Assembly: GCA_030141605.1 (NCBI GenBank)
Contig: JAQGDQ010000527.1
Span: 62,001-126,000 of the forward strand
Direction: 5' to 3'
Length of the DNA: 64,000 bases
Origin: Tubiluchus corallicola
Lineage: Eukaryota > Animalia > Priapulida
The position numbers and the translations under genes are program-made. Position 1 is the stretch's first letter, and each line of letters opens with the position of its first letter. The notes beneath the pieces are model-generated. The model was given only the letters and a program-made list of their open reading frames with translations, made no database searches and had not been told where the DNA came from. Positions 37,701 through 50,500 of this stretch are shown here, in pieces.

Positions 37701-38104
37701 TCTTTATTTTCTGACAAATAATCTACAACAACACAAATGCACACGACCAATGTCCACAACACAGTGTATAGGATACGAGGCTCGCGCTGAAAACAAATAA
37801 TAAAAAATAATACTAAACGGGCGCGTAAATACCAACCAGATCCTTCAAGACATTTTCGTCCAGTTTATTGACAACATCTACTCCACTAGCAAACCCTATA
37901 AATTTTAATAATGTTAAAACATTTACTTTTTGTAAAACAAAGCATTATAACAGAAACATCATTTTCAGTATGATACCAAAATTATAATTCACCAAACTTA
38001 AGTGGACTTGGAATTTTAGCAAAATCTACGCAACCGTTTTTTCTAAATTAGACAAAATTACCTGCAGGTGCCTGCTGTAAAATTTTCAATAAGGGAGCTG
38101 ACAT
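31701..38104 (-). CDS. COMMD6: COMM domain-containing protein 6, complete, 198 aa, 7 exons
   Basis: Exons 38104-38062, 37895-37837, 36661-36590, 36041-35980, 34386-34230, 32693-32541, 31751-31701 (597 nt, GT-AG, phases consistent). COMM domain LLDLQWGLGIAVTSSSCKNLNHPYVHVTMTIADNAG...LEMTISEYRAFAKQLKDMS follows recalled COMMD6 LVDFQWKLGMAVSSDTCRSLKYPYV...FEMTIPQFQNFYRQFKEIA. Confidence 0.9.
32834..33164 (+). mobile_element. Tc1/mariner-pogo type MITE family F
   Basis: TIR (c)agtygaccctcgttaaac / gtttaacgagggttgactg, TA flanks; copies at 53967 and 61214. Confidence 0.85.
33784..34140. mobile_element. Degenerate hAT-like MITE
   Basis: Ends cagagccagatta ... taatccgaccctg. Confidence 0.55.
35025..35832 (+). 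mobile_element. hAT MITE family D containing a nested family A MITE
   Basis: Perfect 8-bp TSD cttatcgg; ends cagtagcagct ... gagccaccaccg. Confidence 0.85.
35361..35711 (+). mobile_element. hAT MITE family A, internally deleted, nested
   Basis: Same TIRs; perfect TSD tgttaaag. Confidence 0.92.
36115..36327 (-). mobile_element. Tc1/mariner-pogo type MITE family G, fragment
   Basis: Reverse complement of the left part of 55472-56062; ends ggcgagataacgaggctagactg|ta. Confidence 0.8.
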
Positions 38105-38525
38105 GTTGAAATTTTAGTTTTGAATTTTGGCATTAGATGTCACTGTCTAGCAAGTCAGTTACGTCATTGCTAATCACATGGCTTGCTGACTAGACGTGGT
38201 TAGACGGATTTGTTTTTTTAGTAAAGTCAGTTTCAGATTTCTCGTAAAAATTAGGTAAGTCTCGATCTGAAAAGTTACTTTTTTGCACTTTTCGGTAATG
38301 GAATTCATCATCAATTCAATTAAAGTTTAAACTACTGATAGGCAGCTTGATTGAATTTTGATTATCTGTCAAGTTTTGGTGACAATTGAACTGAAGCCAT
38401 ACTAACAATGCTTATTTTAAGTCTAGGATGTCAGTCATCCAAGACTAAACACTGTGAAGTCTGGAAAAAGGTAGGAGGAAGCTAGAAGACCATGATGTGG
38501 TGATTGCAACATTAAGCTGTCAAAT
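38105..38525. promoter_or_regulatory. Probable bidirectional promoter and 5' leaders of COMMD6 and DELE1
   Basis: Only 421 bp between the divergent ATGs; CRE-like ttacgtca at 38159-38166; strong donor ag|gtaagt at 38254/38255 suggests a non-coding first exon. Confidence 0.7.
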
Positions 38526-41500
38526 ATGTGGAGAGTATTAAATAATTTACCAAAGGGTGAGTGGTATAGAATTATACCATAGAAATTAGAATAATACTAG
38601 TTTTCAATGCTTTAATTTCTTTTGCACACATGCACAATAATCATTACATAAGTTACAATGCTTGCTTGGGTTGCATTAATTATTACAATCAGAATGGCCC
38701 CAAATATGAGCATCTGTAGGGTCGTCCGAAATTGGTTATCGAAAATATTCGACAGTTCCCGTCATTACTGTAACACACGAATCTGGAGTGTAGATCTTGT
38801 AGTTGTGCAGGAACTACATGATCAGCACCATTTTTATTGCCTCTATGGCTAACCCATTACTATGGTAATTTTTCATTTTGATTTGTGTTGACTTGTTAAC
38901 TGTATTATGACAAACATTTAATAACAGATCCTATAATCGACCATTAAACTGTACACACATGAAGAATAATGTACATAAACTTGACAGTCACAAAATGCTG
39001 AAATTGTTTTAATTAAGCACTGATTAATTTTCTGATCAATTTCACAGTCTTTAGGCAGGCTTGGGAAGGTTCGGCTGTACGTCCGTCGCAAGTGACATTT
39101 GAAGACGAAAGACGGTCAACATCGTCTTTTGAATATCGGTATGTAAAAAATGGTAAAGCACTTGCCAGCACATGTTTTAAATGTTAACCCTTTCACATTG
39201 TTACACATAATAATTATTTTTTTCTACCTGTATCCCACGGGATACATTGGGATTCAATGGAAGCATAAAATGTGCTTCATTTTGCAACTGCTGGTAATTT
39301 TTTAAAGTATTTAAGACATTTAGTATGCAGACTATGCTGATCTGTACAAAGTCGTCTCTAAAGTACTGTACCTTGCGCAGTTTTTTATGCTATGTAGATT
39401 TTCTAGTTTGCCATTTTATCGCCATTTTTAGTCTATTGTTATTGGCTTAAATCAAAATAACTATTAACAGATCAAATAAATGTCAGTTTTAAAATTTTAT
39501 TAATCTTAAAGGCAGAAAATATTCTCGTATCCCATGGGATATAACGGGTATGAAAGGGTTAATGCTTTTCTGCCATAAGTTCGTTTCGTGTTGCTGAGAG
39601 TGCGCTGCAACACTATATTATAAAAGTGGCCAGTTGTATTTCAATTAAAACACTGCAGTGGGAACACCAAAAAAATTTTACAGTGAGTCCTCGCTTAACG
39701 GCGCTAATGCGTTCCAGCAAAATGCGACATTAAGCTAAACGTCGTTAAACGAAGTCAAGACTTCCGTCGAAAATAATGTAAAAGAATCGAGATACGTTCC
39801 AGAGACAAAAATCAGTACTGCTTAAATCATGTAAGTTAATCATTCTATGAGTTTTATTCATATTTTTGTCTTATCAATTAATGTCTTCCTGCTTGCTTTA
39901 AACCACGTATATATTTTACTTAGCAATACCTAGCTATAGCGGTTTCTCTTTCGTTGACATTTAATCCTAGTCAGTGGTTAAACAATAAGCACTGCAGAGT
40001 CAAAATCAAGGCCTAGTAACCTTGGGAATTTTACCTACATACTTAGTCTGGATTGCTATAGCAACAGGTTGCAGGTCAGTTGATACTTGATACAAACCGC
40101 TAGTAATACAGTAGTAGCATCAGTAGTCAGTTGGGAAGCAAAAACTTGCATAATAATTGCACTGTTTACGTTACTAGTGCATTTTTAAAACAGAATGATG
40201 CAACACGTGTTGTTCTAATGCATCAAACAAGGTAAAAATGTTGTTGATCGAATAAAAATTTGCCTTGAGCGAAGTAAAAAATTTGTCGTTAAAGCGAACG
40301 TGTGTTGTTAAGTGAACAAGGTGTCACATGATCGGTATCTTTAAAACGAAACGTTGCTAAACGGGGAGTCGTTAAGCGAGGACTCGCTGTATGTCTAAGT
40401 TTAGAATTTCGGCAAAAGGTGTTCTGTGTCTAAGCCAGTTACCATGTTCCCTGCTTCTGCAGCAGTTTTAAATGTGAGCCTGTGTTCACTAGTAGTTCCT
40501 GTTGAAATTGTAAAATTGGGTCCTTGTAGTACCGAACAGAACTCTACTAGTGTGTTTTAATCTGATATTTTTATGCCTGTTATACAGTTTTCAGCGTTTA
40601 AAGGCAGATGGCAGCAGCCTCACAATTAATCGTGCTACGAAGAATAATGAAAAAGCGGAGTCCGAGGAACGAGCCTCTCCACGTGAAAAATGGAAGTCCG
40701 CTTTTCACCGACCATGTCACACAATATTTGAGGCATTTGGCTGGGTAAGCAGACTAAGTAGTTTTTAACTTCGTTTACAAGTTTTGTACCACTTGCATTG
40801 TCTGAATTTCTATAATGTATATTGCTTTTTTAAATTATTTAATGGAAATTAGGCAAAAAGAAAAATCGTTGCTGGAATTTGTATTCAAATCAAGTTTAGT
40901 GGGTTTTAACTTTTGCTCAGTTTGTTGTAAGGAAATGAACGTAGAATTTGTTTTACAGGCGAAATACTGTTACACTTGTTCCTGTATGTTTATTCCTTTT
41001 TCATCCCTGAATTGATCAAAACTTGGTCCTGTACTTAGAAGATTTGTAAAACTTGGCCGCTAAATTGGTTTATGTCTTTGCAAATGAACTTCAGAATAAA
41101 ATCTTATGTCTAAAGAAAAATGCAACAAGTTTTCTTGGAGTGAATGCTGGGGTAGTTTGCTGTTTTTACAAGAAGTACAGCATAGCTGAAGATGAGATGA
41201 AGCTTTGCCAAAACAGAATTGGATCTCAGTCAAGACCTTGTTACATTTCTGGGTTAATTCTGCCTTGCTTTTTCTGGACTGCCGTGGTTGGTTGATGCGC
41301 AGAGAAACTAAAGTGTCACCGATATCCTTACTCTATAACACCTAAGTTTATTGCATTTAAGTGTATACCCGAAAAAGGTTTTTTAAATGAAAAAGTAACA
41401 TTCTAAGATTATTTTTATGACATTTTTTCATTTCTGATTTAATGTTGATTGATATCATAATGCGAAATATATTTTATATGTACATAGAGGAACACTATGT

Positions 41501-44500
41501 TAATCAACTATTATGTATATACATATAGACTAACTTTGTTATATTCCCGTTATCTCGCCATACTCGCCTCTCGCCAAAAATTTGCCCTAGACGGACAGTG
41601 GCGAGATAACGAGACTAGATTGTAATTACTTAATTATCCAATGTGTGGCAGGAAGACTGTTTCAAAAATGTTTGATTTTTCTGGCATTGTGTGTTGATGA
41701 TTTTTGTGGGTTGTCTTTTGGTTACGTAATGCTCATGTCTTTATCTTTGCTGACAACGTTGTTGCGATTATTTCATTCACTTACAGGGTGCCGCTATCGT
41801 ACTCGGCCTTCAACTACACCGTCCGTTCAGACATAGCTACCCGAGTGAAATCGAAGAGAGGAAGAAGCGCTGTTTACTGCACACGATCGTAGCGCTGACA
41901 CAGCCGCATCCACTTCGACGAGGAATACTCCCACAGCCGGAAGACGGGGTAGAGAGAGGCTTAGACGAAGATGCTTCCGGGGTGGTCACCGAATCGGAAA
42001 ACGTGCAGGGGGATGAGGGACAGTCTGTGCAGAAGGTAAGACTTTAGGAAGCAACGACTGTTTTGTAAAGTCTATCTGTCTATCTGTCTTTTCATCTAGT
42101 GACATTTTGGAATATACCTCTTGAATTTATCAAGTATGTACATGCCAAATTTATTATACGAGTACAGTAGGTTACGGGAAACGTATTCTGTCATTGACCA
42201 CTGGTCACAGTAGGGTACGAGAAAGGTATTCTGTCACTGACCACTGGTCACAGTAGGGTACAAGAGAAAGGTATTCTGTCACTTACCACTGGTCACAGTA
42301 GAAAGGTATTCTGTCACAAGAAAGGTATTCTCTCATTTAGCACTGGTCACAGTAGAGTACGAGAAAGGTATTCTGTCACTGACCACTGGTCACAGTAGAA
42401 AGGTATTCTGTCACAAGAGAGGTATTCTCTCATTTAGCACTGGTCACAGTAGAGTATGAGAAAGGTATTCTGTCTTTGACCACTGATCAGTATCCTCTAT
42501 CCTATTAACTGCCTTGCTAATTTTTTTGCTGTCTATCAGCTTTCCAACTTTCAAGGTCGTGTTGCAACATTTTGTCACGTGCTGACATCTACTGTGTAAA
42601 TATAGCGTGGATCTAAATGCATTTCACGTTCATAACTGGAATGCACCTTAAATTTAAATATATGGTTCACAGGGTATGAAAGATGTGTTGACCTGTGTCA
42701 AATAAATCATAAATCAAAGGTCATTTGAAGGTCAAAAGAATAAGAATATCAATGTGGATTATAAGGGCCGAACTAGAGAGAATTTATGTGAGGAAACATA
42801 GCGCTGGGTTTCAAAGCCTACTATTTCAGGGCTCGGTAATATAGTCACAGGAAAAAAGGCATAAGTTTGGCTGGGAAAAAGTCATAAGAAAAAAGTGTTT
42901 GAAGTTTTGGTTAGGGTTAGAGATCGGGGTTAGGATTAGACTTAGGGTTAAGATTATTGTTATTTCTTTTTTCCTGTGCTTTTTGGGTGAATTTTTTCCT
43001 GTGACTTTTTTCTGTGACTTTTTTACGTGTGACTTTGTTCTGTGACTTTTTTGCGCGGATTCACTATTTCCACTTGTATGTTTATATAAAAACTACGTGG
43101 CCAACATCGAGTGTGCCCCGCTTTTCTTACCGGCATACATTATTGAGTGTATTAGCTAGTAGTACAGCAATAAGAAAACTTTTATTGCATAAATGGGAGA
43201 TTGGTCAGTAATGCGCAAACTTCCCCATTTATTTTTGCATTACTGACTAATTCTGCAGCCTGCAGTAGATGAAGAAAGATTGCGTTTTGTTTATCTGTAA
43301 TTTGTTTTCCCACTAATGCTTGTTTACGCGCGTTTTGATAAATCTGCAAGTGCTGTCATCTAGTGTTTATTGTCTAATTTATTCTTCCTGTCAGGTTTTA
43401 TGGCCTCTTCTACTGTACCACTATTTTTTTTCTTCTGATGAACGTCAAACGTGTTCAGTGTCTACTATTAAATGTTCATCTATTTACAGAAACCAAACAA
43501 TTGGGATTTTGTGAAACGGGAGTTTGACGTGGCTAGAAAGAAGGCATACAATGCATATGGACTGCACATGGCACAAGTAATGCATTGAATAACTTTTATT
43601 GTTTGTATAGAATGATTAGTGCATATATCATTATCTCTCATTATTTTATAAAGTCTCTCATTATGTGTGTGTGTATATGTATATATATATATACATAATG
43701 AGACTACGGCCAAATCACGTTGAAAACGCCGGTTCTCGTCTGATCACCGAAGTTAAGCAACGTAGAGCTTGGTTAGTACTTGGATGGGTGACCGCCTAGT
43801 AATACCATTTGCTGTAGGCTTGCGGGATGCCCACACTGTATGTCGACACTAGGCGGAGGAGCTGTACAAGCAGCCAACGGCTAGAGGGTGGAGGAGGTCA
43901 ACTGACCCAACGGGAATGTGTAGAGGAGTAAACCTTCCAAATCAGGAGTGGAGCCACGAAGGCGGACCAGTGCAGCATGCTCACTGACTCCGGCAGCTCC
44001 TGCAGCCAACCTGGTGCCAAACATATCGCTCCGCTTTCCTTTGGACTACACCAGGGAAGAAGAGAGGGGTTCCTGTTGTCTGGGCAACTCAGGATCTCCA
44101 TACACCTTGCCCAGGCGTGCGCCCTGGAGACGTTCAAGGATCGTACTGCTCAGTCACAGTCGACGCTGCAGCTCCATCAATGTGATCAATAACTGACTCT
44201 CTTGGCGCACACTCCATTGTCTTCCGAGACAGAAGGATGCCAACCAACCAACCAACAACCAATACACAATGAGAGATTTTGTGTTATAGCAGTGGTAACG
44301 ATGTGTACTTAGTGACAGAAATTAAGCGTAGCCGAGCCTGGTTGATAAATACATAGGTGACCACTATAAAAACTGCTTCTATGCATTTTGCTGCAGTCTG
44401 TCTCGGTAACAGAGCAGTGCTAGCAGAGGACGGTTATGCAAACGAATGTGGTGAAGTCTACTGTTTATTGTCTGACCGTAGATTATCGAGGATTACCACC

Positions 44501-47500
44501 AGGGATGTTACCAAATCTGAAATTTGTGAAACATAGGAATCCGAAACGAAACTGAACCGAAGCCATTTCTGCAATACCGACTGAAACGAAGCCATTTCTG
44601 CAATACCGACTGAAACGAAAGTGAACCGAAGCCATTTATGCAATACCGACTACTATCAAAACTGAAAAATTTTGAAATAGATAAAATACTTTGTGATACA
44701 AACTTGTAACAGGTGAAGTAGCTAGGCAAAAAATCTTAATCAAAAAAAGTAGGACAATGTTTATGGCTAATGATCATGATATGCCTCAAAAAAATTACAA
44801 ATTTTATTTTGTAAATATTTTGTTAGTTCATTATTGCTGCTCTATAATTGATGGACATTGATTTTTAATATAGTTGTTGTTTTTTTTGTTTATTATGGAG
44901 AAATCGAAAATCAAACTTGATTCCTGTGCAAAAAACGAATTAAAATCAACTTTGTGTTTTAAACAGAAATCAGTCTGAGTGGACAGAAGTTGGCCCATTT
45001 TGCTATCCAGAAGAAAGTTTTTGCAATATGCTAACTTTTGTGGTTTAATAAGCTTTGAATATAAGTACTAATAAGTCTGTGGGTTCGAAATGTTATGGTA
45101 TCTGTTATAAACTTTCCTACTTAAAACTGAGTTGATTTTTAATTTTAAAATTGATGCCTCGTCTGTTTATCACTGTGTTATTATGTTTGTTTATAGTTAT
45201 TGACCTGTTCACATAATTTTTTTCTAATTTTAGTGGACTATGTTCACATGATTTTTTTCTAATTTTAGTGGAGTCTGTTCACATGATTTTTTTCTAATTT
45301 TAGTGGAGTCCGTTCACATGATTTTTTTCTAATTTTAGTGGAGTCCGTTCACATGATTTTTTTCTAATTTTAGTGGAGTCTGTTCACATGATTTTTTTCT
45401 AATTTTAGTGGAGTCTGTTCACATGATTTTTTTCTAATTTAGTGGAGTCTGTTCACATGATTTTTTTCTAATTTTAGTGGAGTCTGTTCACATGATTTTT
45501 TTCTAATTTTAGTAGAGTCTGTTCACATGATTTTTGTCTAATTTTAGTAGAGTCTGTTCACGTGATTTTTTTTCTAATTTTAGTGGAGTCTGTTCACGTG
45601 ATTTTTTTTCTAATTTTTAGTCGAAGCAGTTTGAATCAGCAGCTGCATTGTTTAAGACTGCAAGCTCGCAGGGATATGCTAAGGCGCAGTATAATCTGGG
45701 AATTTGTTACGAACGTGGCATCGGTGTTAAGAAAGATCTTGTTGAGGTTAGTAAGCCAGGCCCTTCTTTGCTTTTTTATATTATATAGACCATTAGTAGT
45801 GTGTATGTGTGAATAACCAAGTGGTGATGTGCTTGTGTTGTGTGATATAAGTTAAACAACATCGAGGTTGGTCACTAAATGGACGGGTGACTGCTTTCAG
45901 TACTAGTTCAAGGTTGGTTTTACTCGGTGTACTGGTTCTGGCTGTTTACCTCATATAGGGTGGATAGCCATGGTCAAGGCAACCTCTGCCAGTTCAGTAG
46001 CTCATCTTAATGCACTACGTTTAATAATAAGCAGAATTTTGTCTTGCCACAACCGTCTATTCATGAAAAACATGTTTTGACTTGCTGCATTATTTGTTCA
46101 TTTATTATGATTATTGCCTCTTGCTTAGGCTGCAAGCTGCTACCACAAGGCTTCTGCTCAAGGTCACGCAATGGCCCAGTACAACCTGGCCATCATGCTT
46201 CTCTCGGGGCAAGACGGAAGCCGCAATGCTGAAGCCATGGATCTCCTCACTAAAGCTGCCTACGGTGGCGTACGGGAGGTAAAAACTGATGTGCTTCTAA
46301 TAGTGAAATCTTTTTTTCTTAAATTTGCTGGATTCGAGTCGCAGTGGAGGTGCAAACTTTTTCAGACTTTGCAATTTAGTATTGCTGTCAAGAGTTAATG
46401 ATTTGAGTTTACCAAATTTTTCAACGTATGGCTGGGCGCCAGTGGTGTTTGCTGCATTTTCACCAATTTTGGGTATGGTTTGAAGAAACCAAAAAACTTG
46501 AAATTTAGTTTCAAGATTTTATTCTGAAATGTCTGCAATAACAGTGAAGTAGTGTCATGTTGAAAAGCAGAAAACCAAGTTACCAAAACTACAAGTGAAA
46601 TCATTTAGGTGTGAAAACAGGTTTAGAAATTATGCATTCATAAAGACTGTAGAAGCCAATGAAAATTTAAACAGGAAAGAGAAAGCTTCAACAATTTTAA
46701 CAAGAGCACCTGAAGGTGGCAGCACTATCCAAAACTAAAAAAGTATAATGACATTAGGATAAATATACAACATAAATTTAAATTTAGAGTAATTAAAATG
46801 ATTTTCTTTTGTCCAGGGTATTTAGAGAAATGTATTTCACTATTAAATTCTCAGCCGTTCAACGTCGCATCGTCTTCCATGTTTGTATCTGCATTATGGT
46901 AAATTAAATGCACATTCCTGATTTATTTAGATAATTGTTTTTTTTGAGATGTAAGCAAAGTTTCCTTTCAGTTATTATCAAAATGTAATTATAATTGTGG
47001 TTTTTTTTAGTCAGTCAGTCATAGTCGGCTTTTTTACTTTTCAAGTCGCAGCTGTTTCAACCATTGCTGCGTTAATTTGTTATCTGTGTCATGATTGGTC
47101 TATTTTTACAGGCTCAGACCTACGTTGGGGAACATTATTTGGAAAAATTTCAGTATGAAGAAGCTGTTCCTTTATTTCAGAAAGCTGCTAAGCAGAACGT
47201 GAGTCTGTTTGTCAACAAAATTATCTGGTGTGAACAGATCTTAACTGTCCGTAAATACCAGATCATTATATATGTGAAACTTGAGAACAACCGGCTTGTT
47301 TTTCGCAAATTTCGAACTTAAAATGAACTGTAAAGCTAGAGAGAGCAAGAACATCATAAATTTATTACATAAAACATATAATAAGCATAACAACATTTAT
47401 CGTGTGTTCAGCAAAACACACTAAATGCAGTAAAATCCTGAGGCATGTGTCAGCATGTAGCTCGTGTCATTATTAGTGGTATGAACCAAGTACAACAACA

Positions 47501-50500
47501 AAGCAGAGATGAACAGATCGGCTAATTTGCAAATCCGTAGCCCCGCTAGAAATCCACATTTTTTTCTTAACAGCCATCCACAACTGCACCACGCCTAATT
47601 ATTTCAAATCCATTTCCATTCCCGGGGCTAATTTTAAGTATAATTCAATTTAAGACGATGGAAGTGAATTCTTTCAGCAAATCCCGTGCAACGAAAACTT
47701 TTGAAAATCGCACATCTGCCACATGTACAAGCGTGCGTTAACAAAATTGGTCTGCGTTTGGTCCGCTTTGCCATCTGTATCCCGATCTGGAAGACGGGAA
47801 CAAATGAAATAATCGTGAATGTTAGGTAACATCAGCACAACAAAGTAAAAAATGGCTGCTAAATACAGAGTGAACTTCCCTTGACTCGTACACGTTAGGG
47901 CGTGGTGAAAAAAACTTCTAATCCAATCTTTTTACAACTTTACAACATTGGAAAGTAACTTGCAGCAAATTTTGCTCTCTAGTCTGAACGTTGTATTATT
48001 AGAATACGTGAGAAATGTGGGTGTTGTTATGTGTGCTAGTTTGCATTACACATTTGGTTGTTCACTATATTTGTGAAAGTCATTTTTGAAGTTGTTGTTC
48101 AGTCACTTTGTTATGATTGAGTTTAGGCACAGAGAAGTATGGATAGGAACCAAAAATCTATAATAAATATTTGCACTGCACACAACAGAAAAGTGTTTAT
48201 TGAACTATAGAAAACATGAGTAGCAAAACTGCTGCACTGAACACTGAGCAAAAACTAGAAAGCAAAAAACAGTCAGTAAAACCTGTTTCACAGCCAGTAT
48301 ACAGGTATAGAACTTGACCTATGCAGAGTTGTACAGGCTTCACAACAATCATTAATTTTAGATAGGGAAAGGACCAGTGTGTATGTATTCACTGCACCAT
48401 ACAATTAAACTGAAGGTAAGTCAGCTGGTAGAATGTAACAGGATTAGCACATAGATGGCAGCACCTAGTTACAATGTACAATTCCAACTTCCACAATATT
48501 GTTGAATGTCTGAACTTGCTAGTCTGAACACATCATTAGATAGTTATATACCTTACTGACCAAACTACATTTCGTTTTTTAACTGTTAACTAATGTTAAT
48601 GTAAATGTGTATTTTCTGTTTTTTCTGCGCATCAGGACACACAGGCGGATTACTACTTGGGTATGTGTTACGAGAACGGTTGGGGCGTTGAACGTGATTT
48701 GTCTGCATCATTGAATCATTACTCAAAAGCATCTAGTGAAGGACATGTGGTGGCCACTCATTGCCTAGGCATGTTTCACGAGCATGGCTTAGGAGGTAAC
48801 ATTTGTTTGGAGGGGTGAATTTTCGTGGGGAGGATGTCAGTTAAATGATGTTTAAATGTCACATGTTTTTGTTGGATAGAAAGTGCAATATGGGACACGT
48901 GATTATTGGTAACTTTTAAGTCAGGGGTGTGCAAATTATCTGACTAGCCGGGCCACATGAAACTTTCCCGCAATTCCTGCGGGCCACATGCAGTTTGATC
49001 AAGGAGCCAAGTACAGAAAGGCCTAATAACGATTTTTTTGCATCCGATCTGCGTACATCATTACTATTACACTCAAGAAACTATTTTAGAAGTTATTAAA
49101 ATTTATATTACAAACCATATATTTCTACTTTCAGGACAAATTGTGGTAATTTCATTACAATGCATATTAGTAATGTGTATCACACAGTCTGTGTAGTACA
49201 GTGACATTAAGCTACAACCGTCTTGTAAGGGTTAATGGCATCCGATCTAGTAGAAAAAACTACCCGCACTATCTTTGGGATCGTGGCACGGACATCAGCT
49301 GGATACACTCAATTAATCGCCCGGGCCGCACTTTCATTAGCTTGACAAATCTCTTCGCGGGCCACAATTTGCACACCCCTGGTCTAAGTCATCATTTGAG
49401 ACAAGATTCCTTGCTAGAAGTTGCAAAGGAGTGTTGCTTGGAACGATTTAGGATATCAGAACTTTTCTAAAGTTGTTTGAGAACGGTCAAATTGACGTCC
49501 ATGTGTGTAATTCGACAGATAAACTGCTGTATAGGGGCATGTCGATTAAGATAGCATTTGGGAGCAGAAAGTTTTCCAAGGAATAACTGCTTTGTTATTA
49601 CGATTACTAAACAAAATTTGATAATATCCTACCATAATTACTTTTTGCTTTAAATACTTATTAAGTCTGTAATAAGTACTTATAATAAGTACTAATATGA
49701 ATTTTTACTTCTTAGTTAAGGCAAAACCTGACTCAATCTTAAACTATAGGTCAAAACAATCTATTCTTTAAAATATTGAAAGGAAACATACTATTTTTTA
49801 AAAATGACTTACATGAAAGGATTATTACCGCACAAACACAATTTTACGTTCGCTCCACTAGTTCTTCATTGTTACATGCATTTCGCCATTTGCTAGTTAC
49901 ACAGGCACTAGCATCTGCATTTCGGAAATGCATTGCAAAAATACAGGTGCTGTACCCAGATGTGTTAGCTTGTGATGAACTGCACACGTTCGACGGCTCA
50001 TGCGTGACCATAGCGGTAAATTTGAAATTTGAATTTTTATCTTAAAGTTTGCCTAGCTTTAGTAGAGCACGCTGAATATCTTACAGCGGCACTGTACTTC
50101 AATTTTCGCTTTCGCAAACACGTTCTACGTGCTTGTGGAATATTTTTGCTGTTGAAAATTATGTTAGTTTGTGATGTCATCAATAATTGGGCTCGCCCGC
50201 TGTTAATTAAGATTTTAATCTATTATTTAATTATCAGAAATGCCTTTGCAGTATTAGTCGTGTTAAAAAGTATACTTTTTATCGGACTTAAAAATGGGGT
50301 GTATAAGAAAAATCATCCTGTCTTCCTATAACGTAGAATTTGGAACATTTTTTTGTTCATTGCAGGAATGCCAGTAAACAAATCATTTGCACAGGAACTT
50401 TATAAAATAGCTGCGGAAGCCGGTGATGTCACAGCCAAGTTTGACTTGGAGCGACTGCAGGCTTGGGAACATACAAGCCAAGGTAACAATCTAATGCTGC

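Noticed and set aside
38693-38864. Alternative or poison exon in DELE1 intron 1 (ORF 38658-38852)
   Set aside because: Splice signals are only moderate, there is no homology, and the MWR exon joins 39048 in frame.
43702-43821. Functional 5S rRNA gene (also 30671-30779 and 50657-50765)
   Set aside because: Substitutions in the stems, no oligo-T terminator, fused to a repeat body and flanked by TSDs: these are SINE heads.
44290-45905. Faint 5S-like motifs at ~44310-44365 and ~45845-45895
   Set aside because: Too degenerate to delimit; possibly an older SINE family, so not called as features.
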